Source: Eledone cirrhosa (taxonomy: Eukaryota). From it: a stretch of 64,000 bases of DNA. The first letter of the stretch is position 1. Every line of letters starts with the position of its first letter. Location: the NCBI GenBank assembly GCA_964016885.1, contig OZ024740.1, positions 12,586,001 through 12,650,000 of the forward strand, written 5' to 3'. Made by a program: the position numbers and the translations under genes. This document shows, one piece after another, positions 12,131 to 26,400 of the stretch. The notes below the pieces were generated by a model. That model was given only the letters and a program-made list of their open reading frames with translations. It did not search any database and was not told the origin of the DNA.

Positions 12131-15100
12131 ATGTCTTGTCTCTAGTCTAATGTCTCTAGTCTAATGTCTTGTTTCTAGTCTAATGTCTCTAGTCTAATGT
12201 CTTGTCTCTAGTCTAATATCTTGTCTCTAGTCTAATGTCTTGTCTCTAGTCTAATGTCTCTAGTCTAATGTCTTGTCTCTAGTCTAACGTCTTGTCTCTA
12301 GTCTAATGTCTCTAGTCTAATGTCTTGTCTCTAGTCTAACGTCTTGTCTTTAGTCTAATGTCTCTAGTCTAATGTCTCTAGTGTAATGTCTTGTCTCTAG
12401 TCTAATGTCTTGTCTCTAATCTAATGTCTTGTCTCTAGTCTAATGTCTCTAGTCTAATGTCTTGTCTCTAGTCTAATATCTTGTCTCTAGTCTAATGTCT
12501 TGTCTATAGTCTAATGTCTCTAGTCTAATGTCTTGTCTCTAGTCTAATATCTTGTCTCTAGTCTAATGTCTTGTCTTAGTCTAATGTCTCTAGTCTAATG
12601 TCTTGTCTCTAGTCTAACGTCTTGTCTCTAGTCTAATGTCTCTAGTGTAATGTCTTGTCTCTAGTCTAATGTCTTGTCTCTAGTCTAACGTCTTGTCTCT
12701 AGTCTAATGTCTCTAGTCTAATGTCTTGTTTCTAGTCTAATGTCTCTAGTCTAATGTCTTGTCTCTAGTCTAATATCTTGTCTCTAGTCTAATGTCTCTA
12801 GTCTAATATCTTGTCTCTAGTCTAATGTCTCTAGTCTAATATCTTGTCACTAATCTAATGTCTCTAGTCTAATATCTTGTCTCTAGTCTAACGTCTTGTC
12901 TCTAGTCTAATGTCTCTAGTCTAATATCTTGTCTCTAGTCTAATGTCTCTAGTCTAATAACTTGTCACTAGTCTAATGTCTCTAGTCTAATCTCTTGTCT
13001 CTAGTCTAATGTCTTGTCTCTAGTCTAATGTCTCTAGTCTAATGTCTTGTCTCTAGTCTAATATCTTGTCTCTAGTCTAATGTCTTGTCTCTAGTCTAAT
13101 GTCTCTAGTCTAATGTCTTGTTTCTAGTCTAATGTCTCTAGTCTAATGTCTTGTCTCTAGTCTAATAGCTTGTCTCTAGTCTAATGTCTTGTCTCTAGTC
13201 TAATGTCTCTAGTCTAATGTCTTGTCTCTAGTCTAATATCTTGTCTCTAGTCGAATGTCTTGTCTCTAGTCTAATGTCTCTCGTCTAATGTCTTGTTTCT
13301 AGTCTAATGTCTCTAGTCTAATGTCTTGTCTCTAGTCTAATATCTTGTCTCTAGTCAAATGTCTCTAGTCTAATGTCTTGTCTCTAGTCTAATGTCTCTA
13401 GTCTAATGTCTTGTCTCTAGTCTAATGTCTCTAGTCTAATGTCTTGTCTCTAGTCTAATATCTTGTCTCTAGTCTAATGTCTCTAGTCTAATGTCTCTAG
13501 TCTAATGTCTTGTCTCTAGTCTAATATCTTGTCTCTAGTCTAATGTCTCTAGTCTGATGTCTTGTCTCTAATCTAATGTCTCTAGTCTAATGTCTCTAGT
13601 CTAATGTCTTGTCTCTAGTCTAATATCTTGTCTCTAGTCTAATGTCTCTAGTCTAATGTCTTGTCTCTAGTCTAATGTCTCTAGTCTAATATCTTGTCTC
13701 TAGTCTAATGTCTCTAGTCTAATGTCTTGTCTCTAGTCTAATGTCTCTAGTCTAATGTCTGGTCTCTAGTCTAATATCTTGTCTCTAGTCTAATGAATTG
13801 TCTCTAGTCTAATGTCTCTAGTCTAATGTCTTGTCTCTAGTCTAATGTCTCTAGTCTAATGTCTTGTCTCTAGTCTAATGTCTTGTCTCTAGTCTAATGT
13901 CTCTAGTCTAATGTTTCTAGTCTAATGTCTTGTTTCTAGTCTAATGTCTCTAGTCTAATGTCTTGTCTCTAGTCTAATATCTTGTCTCTAGTCTAATGTC
14001 TTGTCGCTAGTCTAATGTCTCTAGTGTAATGTCTTGTCTCTTGTCTAATGTCTTGTCTCTAGTCTAATGTCTTGTCTCTAGTCTAATGTCTCTTGTCTAA
14101 TGTCTTGTCTCTAGTCTAATATCTTGTCTCTAGTCTAATGTCTTGTCTCTAGTCTAATGTCTCTAGTCTAATGTCTTGTTTCTAGTCTAATGTCTCTAAT
14201 CTCATGTCTTGTCTCTAGTCTAATATCTTGTCTCTAGTCTAATGTCTTGTCTCTAGTCTAATGTCTCTAGTCTAATGTCTTGTCTCTAGTCTAATATCTT
14301 GTCTCTAGTCTAATGTCTTGTCTCTAGTTTAATGTCTCTAGTCTAATGTCTTGTTTCTAGTCTAATGTCTCTAGTCTAATGTCTTGTCTCTAGTCTAATA
14401 TCTTGTCTCTAGTCTAATGTCTCTAGTCTAATGTCTTGTCTCTAGTCTAATGTCTTGTCTCTAGTCTAATATCTTGTCTCTAGTCTAATGTCTCTAGTCT
14501 AATGTCTTGTCTCTAGTCTAATATATTGTCTCTTGTCTAATGTCTCTAGTCTAACGTCTCTAGTCTAATGTCTCTAGTCTAATGTCTTGTCTCTAGTCTA
14601 ATGTCTCTACTCTAATGTCTTGTCTCTAGTCTAATATCTTGTCTCTAGTCTAATGTCTCTAGTCTAATGTCTTATCTCTAGTCTAATGTCTTGTCTCTAG
14701 TCTAATGTCTCTAGTCTAATATCTTGTCTATAGTCTACTGTCTCTAGACTAATGTCTTGTCTCTAGTCTAATGTCTCTAGTCTAATGTCTTGTCTCTAGT
14801 CTAATGTCTCTAGTCTAATGTCTTGTCTCTAGTCTAATATCTCGTCTCTAGTCTAATGTCTCTAGTCTAATGTCTTGTCTCTAGTATAATATCTTGTCTC
14901 TAGTCTAATGTCTCTAGTCTAATGTCTTGTCTCTAGTCTAATATATTGTCTCTAGTCTAATGTCTCTAGTCTAATGTCTTGTCTCTAGTCTAATGTCTTG
15001 TCTCTAGTCTAATGTCTCTAGTCTAATGTCTTGTCTCTAGTCTAACGTCTTGCCTTTAGTCTAATGTCTCTAGTCTAATGTCTCCAGTGTAATGACTTGT

Positions 15101-16029
15101 CTCTAGTCTAATGTCTTGTCTCTAATCTAATGTCTTGTCTCTAGTCTAATGTCTCTAGTCTAATGTCTTGTCTCTAGTCTAATATCTTGTCTCTAGTCTA
15201 ATGTCTTGTCTCTAGTCTAATGTCTCTAGTCTAATGTCTTGTTTCTAGTCTAATGTCTCTAGTCTAATGTCTTGTCTCTAGTCTAATATCTTGTCTCTAG
15301 TCTAATGTCTTGTCTCTAGTCTAATGTCTCTAGTCTAATGTCTTGTCTCTAGTCTAACGTCTTGTCTCTAGTCTAATGTCTCTAGTCTAATGTCTTGTCT
15401 CTAGTCTAACGTCTTGTCTTTAGTCTAATGTCTCTAGTCTAATGTCTCTAGTGTAATGTCTTGTCTCTAGTCTAATGTCTTGTCTCTAATCTAATGTCTT
15501 GTCTCTAGTCTAATGTCTCTAGTCTAATGTCTTGTCTCTAGTCTAATATCTTGTCTCTAGTCTAATGTCTTGTCTATAGTCTAATGTCTCTAGTCTAATG
15601 TCTTGTCTCTAGTCTAATATCTTGTCTCTAGTCTAATGTCTTGTCTCTAGTCTAATGTCTCTAGTCTAATGTCTTGTCTCTAGTCTAACGTCTTGTCTCT
15701 AGTCTAATGTCTCTAGTGTAATGTCTTGTCTCTAGTCTAATGTCTTGTCTCTAGTCTAACGTCTTGTCTCTAGTCTAATGTCTCTAGTCTAATATCTTGT
15801 CTCTAGTCTAATGTCTCTAGTCTAATATCTTGTCACTAATCTAATGTCTCTAGTCTAATATCTTGTCTCTAGTCTAACGTCTTGTCTCTAGTCTAATGTC
15901 TCTAGTCTAATATCTTGTCTCTAGTCTAATGTCTCTAGTCTAATAACTTGTCACTAGTCTAATGTCTCTAGTCTAATGTCTTGTCTCTAGTCTAATGTCT
16001 TGTCTCTAGTCTAATGTCTCTAGTCTAAT

Positions 16030-18540
16030 GTCTTGTCTCTAGTCTAATATCTTGTCTCTAGTCTAATGTCTTGTCTCTAGTCTAATGTCTCTAGTCTAAT
16101 GTCTTGTTTCTAGTCTAATGTCTCTAGTCTAATGTCTTGTCTCTAGTCTAATAGCTTGTCTCTAGTCTAATGTCTTGTCTCTAGTCTAATGTCTCTAGTC
16201 TAATGTCTTGTCTCTAGTCTAATATCTTGTCTCTAGTCGAATGTCTTGTCTCTAGTCTAATGTCTCTCGTCTAATGTCTTGTTTCTAGTCTAATGTCTCT
16301 AGTCTAATGTCTTGTCTCTAGTCTAATATCTTGTCTCTAGTCAAATGTCTCTAGCCTAATGTCTTGTCTCTAGTCTAATGTCTCTAGTCTAATGTCTTGT
16401 CTCTAGTCTAATGTCTCTAGTCTAATGTCTTGTCTCTAGTCTAATATCTTGTCTCTAGTCTAATGTCTCTAGTCTAATGTCTCTAGTCTAATGTCTTGTC
16501 TCTAGTCTAATATCTTGTCTCTAGTCTAATGTCTCTAGTCTAATGTCTTGTCTCTAGTCTAATATCTTGTCTCTAGTCTAATGTCTCTAGTCTAATGTCT
16601 TGTCTCTAGTCTAATGTCTCTAGTCTAATGTCTTGTCTCTAGTCTAATGTCTCTAGTCTAATATCTTGTCTCTAGTCTAATGTCTCTAGTCTAATGTCTT
16701 GTCTCTAGTCTAATGTCTCTAGTCTAATGTCTGGTCTCTAGTCTAATATCTTGTCTCTAGTCTAATGAATTGTCTCTAGTCTAATGTCTCTAGTCTAATG
16801 TCTTGTCTCTAGTCTAATGTCTCTAGTCTAATGTCTCTAGTCTAATGTCTTGTCTCTAGTCTAATGTCTTGTCTCTAGTCTAATGTCTCTAGTCTAATGT
16901 TTCTAGTCTAATGTCTTGTTTCTAGTCTAATGTCTCTAGTCTAATGTCTTGTCTCTAGTCTAATATCTTGTCTCTAGTCTAATGTCTTGTCGCTAGTCTA
17001 ATGTCTCTAGTGTAATGTCTTGTCTCTTGTCTAATGTCTTGTCTCTAGTCTAATGTCTTGTCTCTAGTCTAATGTCTCTTGTCTAATGTCTTGTCTCTAG
17101 TCTAATATCTTGTCTCTAGTCTAATGTCTTGTCTCTAGTCTAATGTCTCTAGTCTAATGTCTTGTTTCTAGTCTAATGTCTCTAATCTCATGTCTTGTCT
17201 CTAGTCTAATATCTTGTCTCTAGTCTAATGTCTTGTCTCTAGTCTAATGTCTCTAGTCTAATGTCTTGTCTCTAGTCTAATATCTTGTCTCTAGTCTAAT
17301 GTCTTGTCTCTAGTCTAATGTCTCTAGTCTAATGTCTTGTTTCTAGTCTAATGTCTCTAGTCTAATGTCTTGTCTCTAGTCTAATAGCTTGTCTCTAGTC
17401 TAATGTCTTGTCTCTAGTCTAATGTCTCTAGTCTAATGTCTTGTCTCTAGTCTAATATCTTGTCTCTAGTCGAATGTCTTGTCTCTAGTCTAATGTCTCT
17501 CGTCTAATGTCTTGTTTCTAGTCTAATGTCTCTAGTCTAATGTCTTGTCTCTAGTCTAATATCTTGTCTCTAGTCAAATGTCTCTAGCCTAATGTCTTGT
17601 CTCTAGTCTAATGTCTCTAGTCTAATGTCTTGTCTCTAGTCTAATGTCTCTAGTCTAATGTCTTGTCTCTAGTCTAATATCTTGTCTCTAGTCTAATGTC
17701 TCTAGTCTAATGTCTCTAGTCTAATGTCTTGTCTCTAGTCTAATATCTTGTCTCTAGTCTAATGTCTCTAGTCTAATGTCTTGTCTCTAGTCTAATATCT
17801 TGTCTCTAGTCTAATGTCTCTAGTCTAATGTCTTGTCTCTAGTCTAACGTCTCTAGTCTAATGTCTTGTCTCTAGTCTAATGTCTCTAGTCTAATATCTT
17901 GTCTCTAGTCTAATGTCTCTAGTCTAATGTCTTGTCTCTAGTCTAATGTCTCTAGTCTAATGTCTGGTCTCTAGTCTAATATCTTGTCTCTAGTCTAATG
18001 AATTGTCTCTAGTCTAATGTCTCTAGTCTAATGTCTTGTCTCTAGTCTAATGTCTCTAGTCTAATGTCTCTAGTCTAATGTCTTGTCTCTTGTCTAATGT
18101 CTTGTCTCTAGTCTGATGTCTCTAGTCTAATGTTTCTAGTCTAATGTCTTGTTTCTAGTCTAATGTCTCTAGTCTAATGTCTTGTCTCTAGTCTAATATC
18201 TTGTCTCTAGTCTAATGTCTTGTCGCTAGTCTAATGTCTCTAGTGTAATGTCTTGTCTCTTGTCTAATGTCTTGTCTCTAGTCTAATGTCTTGTCTCTAG
18301 TCTAATGTCTCTTGTCTAATGTCTTGTCTCTAGTCTAATATCTTGTCTCTAGTCTAATGTCTTGTCTCTAGTCTAATGTCTCTAGTCTAATGTCTTGTTT
18401 CTAGTCTAATGTCTCTAATCTCATGTCTTGTCTCTAGTCTAATATCTTGTCTCTAGTCTAATGTCTTGTCTCTAGTCTAATGTCTCTAGTCTAATGTCTT
18501 GTCTCTAGTCTAATATCTTGTCTCTAGTCTAATGTCTTGT
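16030..18540. repeat. Tandem duplication with 1,233-bp period
   Basis: Private variant AGCCTAA at 16355 and 17588 (offset 1,233); TAGCT, GTCGAA, TCTGG, TGAATT, GTCGCT and AATCTCATG markers repeat in the same order in both copies. Confidence 0.85.
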
Positions 18541-19099
18541 CTCTAGTTTAATGTCTCTAGTCTAATGTCTTGTTTCTAGTCTAATGTCTCTAGTCTAATG
18601 TCTTGTCTCTAGTCTAATATCTTGTCTCTAGTCTAATGTCTCTAGTCTAATGTCTTGTCTCTAGTCTAATATATTGTCTCTTGCCTAATGTCTCTAGTCT
18701 AATGTCTTTGTCTCTAGTCTAATGTCTCTAGTCTAATGTCTTGTCTCTAGTCTAATGTCTCTACTCTAATGTCTTGTCTCTAGTCTAATATCTTGTCTCT
18801 AGTCTAATGTCTTATCTCTAATCTAATGTCTTGTCTCTAGTCTAATGTCTCTAGTCTAATATCTTGTCTCTAGTCTAATGTCTCTAGACTAATGTCTTGT
18901 CTCTAGTCTAATGTCTCTAGTCTAATGTCTTGTCTCTAGTCTAATGTCTCTAGTCTAATGTCTTGTCTCTAGTCTAATATCTCGTCTCTAGTCTAATGTC
19001 TCTAGTCTAATGTCTTGTCTCTAGTCTAATATATTGTCTCTAGTCTAATGTCTCTAGTCTAATGTCTTGTCTCTAGTCTAACGTCTTGTCTTTAGTCTA

Positions 19100-22000
19100 A
19101 TGTCTCTAGTCTAATGTCTCCAGTGTAATGTCTTGTCTCTAGTCTAATGTCTTGTCTCTAATCTAATGTCTTGTCTCTAGTCTAATGTCTCTAGTCTAAT
19201 GTCTTGTCTCTAGTCTAATATCTTGTCTCTAGTCTAATGTCTTGTCTCTAGTCTAATGTCTCTAGTCTAATGTCTTGTTTCTAGTCTAATGTCTCTAGTC
19301 TAATGTCTTGTCTCTAGTCTAATGTCTCTAGTCTAATGTCTTGTCTCTAGTCTAATATCTTGTCTCTAGTCTAATGTCTTGTCTCTAGTCTAATGTCTCT
19401 AGTCTAATGTCTTGTCTCTAGTCTAATATCTTGTCTCTAGTCTAATGTCTTGTCTCTAGTCTAATGTCTCTAGTCTAATGTCTTGTCTCTAGTCTAACGT
19501 CTTGTCTCTAGTCTAATGTCTCTAGTGTAATGTCTTGTCTCTAGTCTAATGTCTTGTCTCTAGTCTAACGTCTTGTCTCTAGTCTAATGTCTCTAGTCTA
19601 ATATCTTGTCTCTAGTCTAATGTCTCTAGTCTAATATCTTGTCACTAGTCTAATGTCTCTAGTCTTATATCTAGTCTCTAGTCTAACGTCTTGTCTCTAG
19701 TCTAATGTCTCTAGTCTAATATCTTGTCTCTAGTCTAATGTCTCTAGTCTAATATCTTGTCACTAGTCTAATGTTTCTAGTCTAATGTCTTGTCTCTAGT
19801 CTAATGTCTTGTCTCTAGTCTAATGTCTCTAGTCTAATGTCTTGTCTCTAGCCTAATAGCTTGTCTCTAGTCTAATGTCTTGTCTCTAGTCTAATGTCTC
19901 TAATCCAATGTCTTGTCTCTAGTCTAATATCTTGTCTCTAATCGAATGTCTTGTCTCTAGTCTAATGTCTCTCGTCTAATGTCTTGTTTCTAGTCTAATG
20001 TCTCTAGTCTAATGTCTTGTCTCTAGTCTAATATCTTGTCTCTAGTCAAATGTCTCTAGTCTAATGTCTTGTCTCTAGTCTAATGTCTCTAGTCTAATGT
20101 CTTGTCTCTAGTCTAATGTCTCTAGTCTAATGTCTTGTCTCTAGTCTAATATCTTGTCTCTAGTCTAATGTCTGTAGTCTAATGTCTCTAGTCTAATGTC
20201 TTGTCTCTAGTCTAATATCTTGTCTCTAGTCAAATGTCTCTAGTCTAATGTCTTGTCTCTAGTCTAATGTCTCTAGTCTAATGTCTTGTCTCTAGTCTAA
20301 TGTCTCTAGTCTAATGTCTTGTCTCTAGTCTAATATCTTGTCTCTAGTCTAATGTCTCTAGTCTAATGTCTTGTCTCTAGTCTAATGTCTCTAGTCTAAT
20401 GTCTTGTCTCTAGTCTAATGTCTTGTCTCTAGTCTAATGTCTCTAGTCTAATATCTTGTCTCTAGTCTAATGTCTCTAGTCTAATGTCTTGTCTCTAGTC
20501 TAATGTCTTTAGTCTAATGTCTGGTCTCTAGTCTATTATCTTGTCTCTAGTCTAATGAATTGTCTCTAGTCTAATGTCTCTAGTCTAATGTCTTGTCTCT
20601 AGTCTAATGTCTTGTCTCTAGTCTAATGTCTCTAGTCTAATGTTTCTAGTCTAATGTCTTGTTTCTAGTCTAATGTCTCTAGTCTAATGTCTTGTCTCTA
20701 GTCTAATATCTTGTCTCTAGTCTAATGTCTTGTCGCTAGTCTAATGTCTCTAGTGTAATGTCTTGTCTCTAGTCTAATGTCTTGTCTCTAGTCTAATGTC
20801 TTGTCTCTAGTCTAATGTCTCTTGTCTAATGTCTTGTCTCTAGTCTAATATCTTGTCTCTAGTCTAATGTCTTGTCTCTAGTATAATGTCTCTAGTCTAA
20901 TGTCTTGTTTCTAGTCTAATGTCTCTAATCTAACGTCTTGTCTCTAGTCTAATATCTTGTCTCTAGTCTAATGTCTTGTCTCTAGTCTAATGTCTCTAGT
21001 CTAATGTCTTGTCTCTAGTCTAATATCTTGTCTCTAGTCTAATGTCTTGTCTCTAGTCTCGTGTCTCTAGTCGAATGTCTTGTTTCTAGTCTAATGTCTC
21101 TAGTCTAATGACTTGTCTCTAGTCTAATATCTTGTCTCTAGTCTAATGTCTCTAGTCTAATGTCTTATCTCTAATCTAATGTCTTGTCTCTAGTCTAATG
21201 TCTCTAGTCTAATATCTTGTCTCTAGTCTAATGTCTCTAGACTAATGTCTTGTCTCTAGTCTAATGTCTTGTCTCTAGTCTAATGTCTCTAGTCTAATGT
21301 CTTGTCTCTAGTCTAATATCTCGTCTCTAGTCTAATGTCTCTAGTCTAATGTCTTGTCTCTAGTCTAATATATTGTCTCTAGTCTAATGTCTCTAGTCTA
21401 ATGTCTTATCTCTAGTCTAATGTCTTGTCTCTAGTCTAATGTCTCTAGTCTAATGTCTTGTCTCTAGTCTAACGTCTTGTCTTTAGTCTAATGTCTCTAG
21501 TCTAATGTCTCCAGTGTAATGTCTTGTCTCTAGTCTAATGTCTTGTCTCTAATCTAATGTCTTGTCTCTAGTCTAATGTCTCTAGTCTAATGTCTTGTCT
21601 CTAGTCTAATATCTTGTCTCTAGTCTAATGTCTTGTCTCTAGTCTAATGTCTCTAGTCTAATGTCTTGTTTCTAGTCTAATGTCTCTAGTCTAATGTCTT
21701 GTCTCTAGTCTAATATCTTGTCTCTAGTCTAATGTCTTGTCTCTAGTCTAATGTCTCTAGTCTAATGTCTTGTCTCTAGTCTAACGTCTTGTCTCTAGTC
21801 TAATGTCTCTAGTGTAATGTCTTGTCTCTAGTCTAATGTCTTGTCTCTAGTCTAACGTCTTGTCTCTAGTCTAATGTCTCTAGTCTAATATCTTGTCTCT
21901 AGTCTAATGTCTCTAGTCTAATATCTTGTCACTAGTCTAATGTCTCTAGTCTAATATCTAGTCTCTAGTCTAACGTCTTGTCTCTAGTCTAATGTCTCTA

Positions 22001-23400
22001 GTCTAATATCTTGTCTCTAGTCTAATGTCTCTAGTCTAATATCTTGTCACTAGTCTAATGTTTCTAGTCTAATGTCTTGTCTCTAGTCTAATGTCTTGTC
22101 TCTAGTCTAATGTCTCTAGTCTAATGTCTTGTCTCTAGCCTAATAGCTTGTCTCTAGTCTAATGTCTTGTCTCTAGTCTAATGTCTCTAGTCTAATGTCT
22201 TGTCTCTAGTCTAATATCTTGTCTCTAATCGAATGTCTTGTCTCTAGTCTAATGTCTCTCGTCTAATGTCTTGTTTCTAGTCTAATGTCTCTAGTCTAAT
22301 GTCTTGTCTCTAGTCTAATATCTTGTCTCTAGTCAAATGTCTCTAGTCTAATGTCTTGTCTCTAGTCTAACGTCTCTAGTCTAATGTCTTGTCTCTAGTC
22401 TAATGTCTCTAGTCTAATGTCTTGTCTCTAGTCTAATATCTTGTCTCTAGTCTAATGTCTCTAGTCTAATGTCTCTAGTCTAATGTCTTGTCTCTAGTCT
22501 AATATCTTGTCTCTAGTCAAATGTCTCTAGTCTAATGTCTTGTCTCTAGTCTAATGTCTCTAGTCTAATGTCTTGTCTCTAGTCTAATGTCTCTAGTCTA
22601 ATGTCTTGTCTCTAGTCTAATATCTTGTCTCTAGTCTAATGTCTCTAGTCTAATGTCTTGTCTCTAGTCTAATGTCTCTAGTCTAATGTCTTGTCTCTAG
22701 TCTAATGTCTTGTCTCTAGTCTAATGTCTCTAGTCTAATATCTTGTCTCTAGTCTAATGTCTCTAGTCTAATGTCTTGTCTCTAGTCTAATGTCTTTAGT
22801 CTAATGTCTGGTCTCTAGTCTAATATCTTGTCTCTAGTCTAATGTCTTGTCTCTAGTCTAATGTCTCTAGTCTAATGTTTCTAGTCTAATGTCTTGTTTC
22901 TAGTCTAATGTCTCTAGTCTAATGTCTTGTCTCTAGTCTAATATCTTGTCTCTAGTCTAATGTCTTGTCGCTAGTCTAATGTCTCTAGTGTAATGTCTTG
23001 TCTCTAGTCTAATGTCTTGTCTCTAGTCTAATGTCTTGTCTCTAGTCTAATGTCTCTTGTCTAATGTCTTGTCTCTAGTCTAATATCTTGTCTCTAGTCT
23101 AATGTCTTGTCTCTAGTCTAATGTCTCTAGTCTAATGTCTTGTTTCTAGTCTAATGTCTCTAATCTAACGTCTTGTCTCTAGTCTAATATCTTGTCTCTA
23201 GTCTAATGTCTTGTCTCTAGTCTAATGTCTCTAGTCTAATGTCTTGTCTCTAGTCTAATATCTTGTCTCTAGTCTAATGTCTTGTCTCTAGTCTCATGTC
23301 TCTAGTCGAATGTCTTGTTTCTAGTCTAATGTCTCTAGTCTAATGACTTGTCTCTAGTCTAATATCTTGTCTCTAGTCTAATGTCTCTAGTCTAATGTCT
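19100..23400. repeat. Tandem duplication with ~2,287-bp period
   Basis: Private variants GCCTAATAGC (19851/22138) and ATCGAA (19941/22228) are 2,287 apart; TATCTAGTC occurs at ~19668 and ~21956. The copies differ by several substitutions and monomer gains/losses. Confidence 0.8.
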
Positions 23401-26400
23401 TGTCTCTAGTCTAATGTCTTGTCTCTAGTCTAATATCTTGTCTCTAGTCTAATGTCTCTAGTCTCATGTCTTGTCTCTAGTCTAATATCTTGTCTCTAGT
23501 CTAATGTCTTTGTCTCTAGTCTAATGTCTCTAGTCTAATGTCTTGTCTCTAGTCTAATGTCTCTACTCTAATGTCTTGTCTCTAGTCTAATATCTTGTCT
23601 CTAGTCTAATGTCTCTAGTCTAATGTCTTGTCTCTAGTCTAATGTCTTATCTCTAGTCTAATGTCTTGTCTCTAGTCTAATGTCTCTAGTCTAATATCTT
23701 GTCTCTAGTCTAATGTCTCTAGACTAATGTCTTGTCTCTAGTCTAATGTCTCTAGTCTAATGTCTTGTCTCTAGTCTAATGTCTCTAGTCTAATGTCTTG
23801 TCTCTAGTCTAATATCTCATCTCTAGTCTAATGTCTCTAGTCTAATGTCTTGTCTCTATTCTAATATCTTGTCTCTAGTCTAATGTCTCTAGTCTAATGT
23901 CTTGTCTCTAGTCTAATATATTGTCTCTAGTCTAATGTCTCTAGTCTAATGTCTTGTCTCTAGTCTAATGTCTTGTCTCTAGTCTAATGTCTCTAGTCTA
24001 ATGTCTTGTCTCTAGTCTAACGTCTTGTCTTTAGTCTAATGTCTCTAGTCTAATGTCTCTAGTGTAATGTCTTGTCTCTAGTCTAATGTCTTGTCTCTAA
24101 TCTAATGTCTTGTCTCTAGTCTAATGTCTCTAGTCTAATGTCTTGTCTCTAGTCTAATGTCTCTAGTCTAATGACTTGTTTCTAGTCTAATGTCTCTAGT
24201 CTAATGTCTTGTCTCTAGTCTAATATCTTGTCTCTAGTCTAATGTCTTGTCTCTAGTCTAATGTCTCTAGTCAAATGTCTTGTCTCTAGTCTAACGTCTT
24301 GTCTCTAGTCTAATGTCTCTAGTGTAATGTCTTGTCTCTAGTCTAATGTCTTGTCTCTAGTCTAACGTCTTGTCTCTAGTCTAATGTCTCTAGTCTAATA
24401 TCTTGTCTCTAGTCTAATGTCTCTAGTCTAATATCTTGTCACTAGTCTAATGTCTCTAGTCTAATATCTTGTCTCTAGTCTAACGTCTTGTCTCTAGTCT
24501 AATGTCTCTAGTCTAATATCTTGTCTCTAGTCTAATGTCTCTAGTCTAATATCTTGTCACTAGTCTAATGTTTCTAGTCTAATGTCTTGTCTCTAGTCTA
24601 ATGTCTTGTCTCTAGTCTAATGTCTCTAGTCTAATGTCTTGTTTCTAGTCTAATGTCTCTAGTCTAATGTCTTGTCTTTAGTCTAATAGCTTGTCTCTAG
24701 TCTAATGTCTTGTCTCTAGTCTAATGTCTCTAGTCTAATGTCTTGTCTCTAGTCTAATATTTTGTCTCTAGTCGAATGTCTTGTCTCTAGTCTAATGTCT
24801 CTCGTCTAATGTCTTGTTTCTAGTCTAATGTCTCTAGTCTAATGTCTTGTCTCTAGTCTAAAATCTTGTCTCTAGTCAAATGTCTCTAGTCTAATGTCTT
24901 GTCTCTAGTCTAATGTCTCTAGTCTAATGTCTTGTCTCTAGTCTAATGTCTCTAGTCTAATGTCTTGTCTCTAGTCTAATATCTTGTCTCTAGTCTAATG
25001 TCTCTAGTCTAACGTCTCTAGTCTAATGTCTTGTCTCTAGTCTAATATCTTGTCTCTAGTCTAATGTCTCTAGTCTAATGTCTTGTCTCTAGTCTAATGT
25101 CTCTAGTCTAATGTCTTGTCTCTAGTCTAATGTCTCTAGTCTAATGTCTTGTCTCTAGTCTAATGTCTTGTCTCTAGTCTAATGTCTCTAGTCTAATATC
25201 TTGTCTCTAGTCTAATGTCTCTAGTCTAATGTCTTGTCTCTAGTCTAATATCTTGTCTCTAGTCTAATGTCTCTAGTCTAATGTCTTGTCTCTAGTCTAA
25301 TGTCTCTAGTCTAATGTCTTTTCTCTAGTCTAATGTCTCTAGTCTAATGTCTTGTCGGTAGTCTAATATCTTGTCTCTAGTCTAATGTCTCTAGTCTAAT
25401 GTCTTGTCTCTAGTCTAATATCTTGCCTCTAGTCTAATGTCTCTAGTCTAATGTCTTGTCTCTAGTCTAACGTCTCTAGTCTAATATCTTGTCTCTAGTC
25501 TAATGTCTCTAGTCTAATGTCTTGTCTCTAGTCTAATGTCTTATCTCTAGTCTAATGTCTTGTCTCTAGTCTAATGTCTCTAGTCTAATATCTTGTCTCT
25601 AGTCTAATGTCTCTAGACTAATGTCTTGTCTCTAGTCTAATGTCTCTAGTCTAATGTCTTGTCTCTAGTCTAATGTCTCTAGTCTAATGTCTTGTCTCTA
25701 GTCTAATATCTCGTCTCTAGTCTAATGTCTCTAGTCTAATGTCTTGTCTCTAGTCTAATATCTTGTCTCTAGTCTAATGTCTCTAGTCTAATGTCTTGTC
25801 TCTAGTCTAATATATTGTCTCTAGTCTAATGTCTCTAGTCTAATGTCTTGTCTCTAGTCTAATGTCTTGTCTCTAGTCTAATGTCTCTAGTCTAATGTCT
25901 TGTCTCTAGTCTAACGTCTTGTCTTTAGTCTAATGTCTCTAGTCTAATGTCTCTAGTGTAATGTCTTGTCTCTAGTCTAATGTCTTGTCTCTAATCTAAT
26001 GTCTTGTCTCTAGTCTAATGTCTCTAGTCTAATGTCTTGTCTCTAGTCTAATGTCTCTAGTCTAATGACTTGTTTCTAGTCTAATGTCTCTAGTCTAATG
26101 TCTTGTCTCTAGTCTAATATCTTGTCTCTAGTCTAATGTCTTGTCTCTAGTCTAATGTCTCTAGTCAAATGTCTTGTCTCTAGTCTAACGTCTTGTCTCT
26201 AGTCTAATGTCTCTAGTGTAATGTCTTGTCTCTAGTCTAATGTCTTGTCTCTAGTCTAACGTCTTGTCTCTAGTCTAATGTCTCTAGTCTAATATCTTGT
26301 CTCTAGTCTAATGTCTCTAGTCTAATATCTTGTCACTAGTCTAATGTCTCTAGTCTAATAACTTGTCTCTAGTCTAACGTCTTGTCTCTAGTCTAATGTC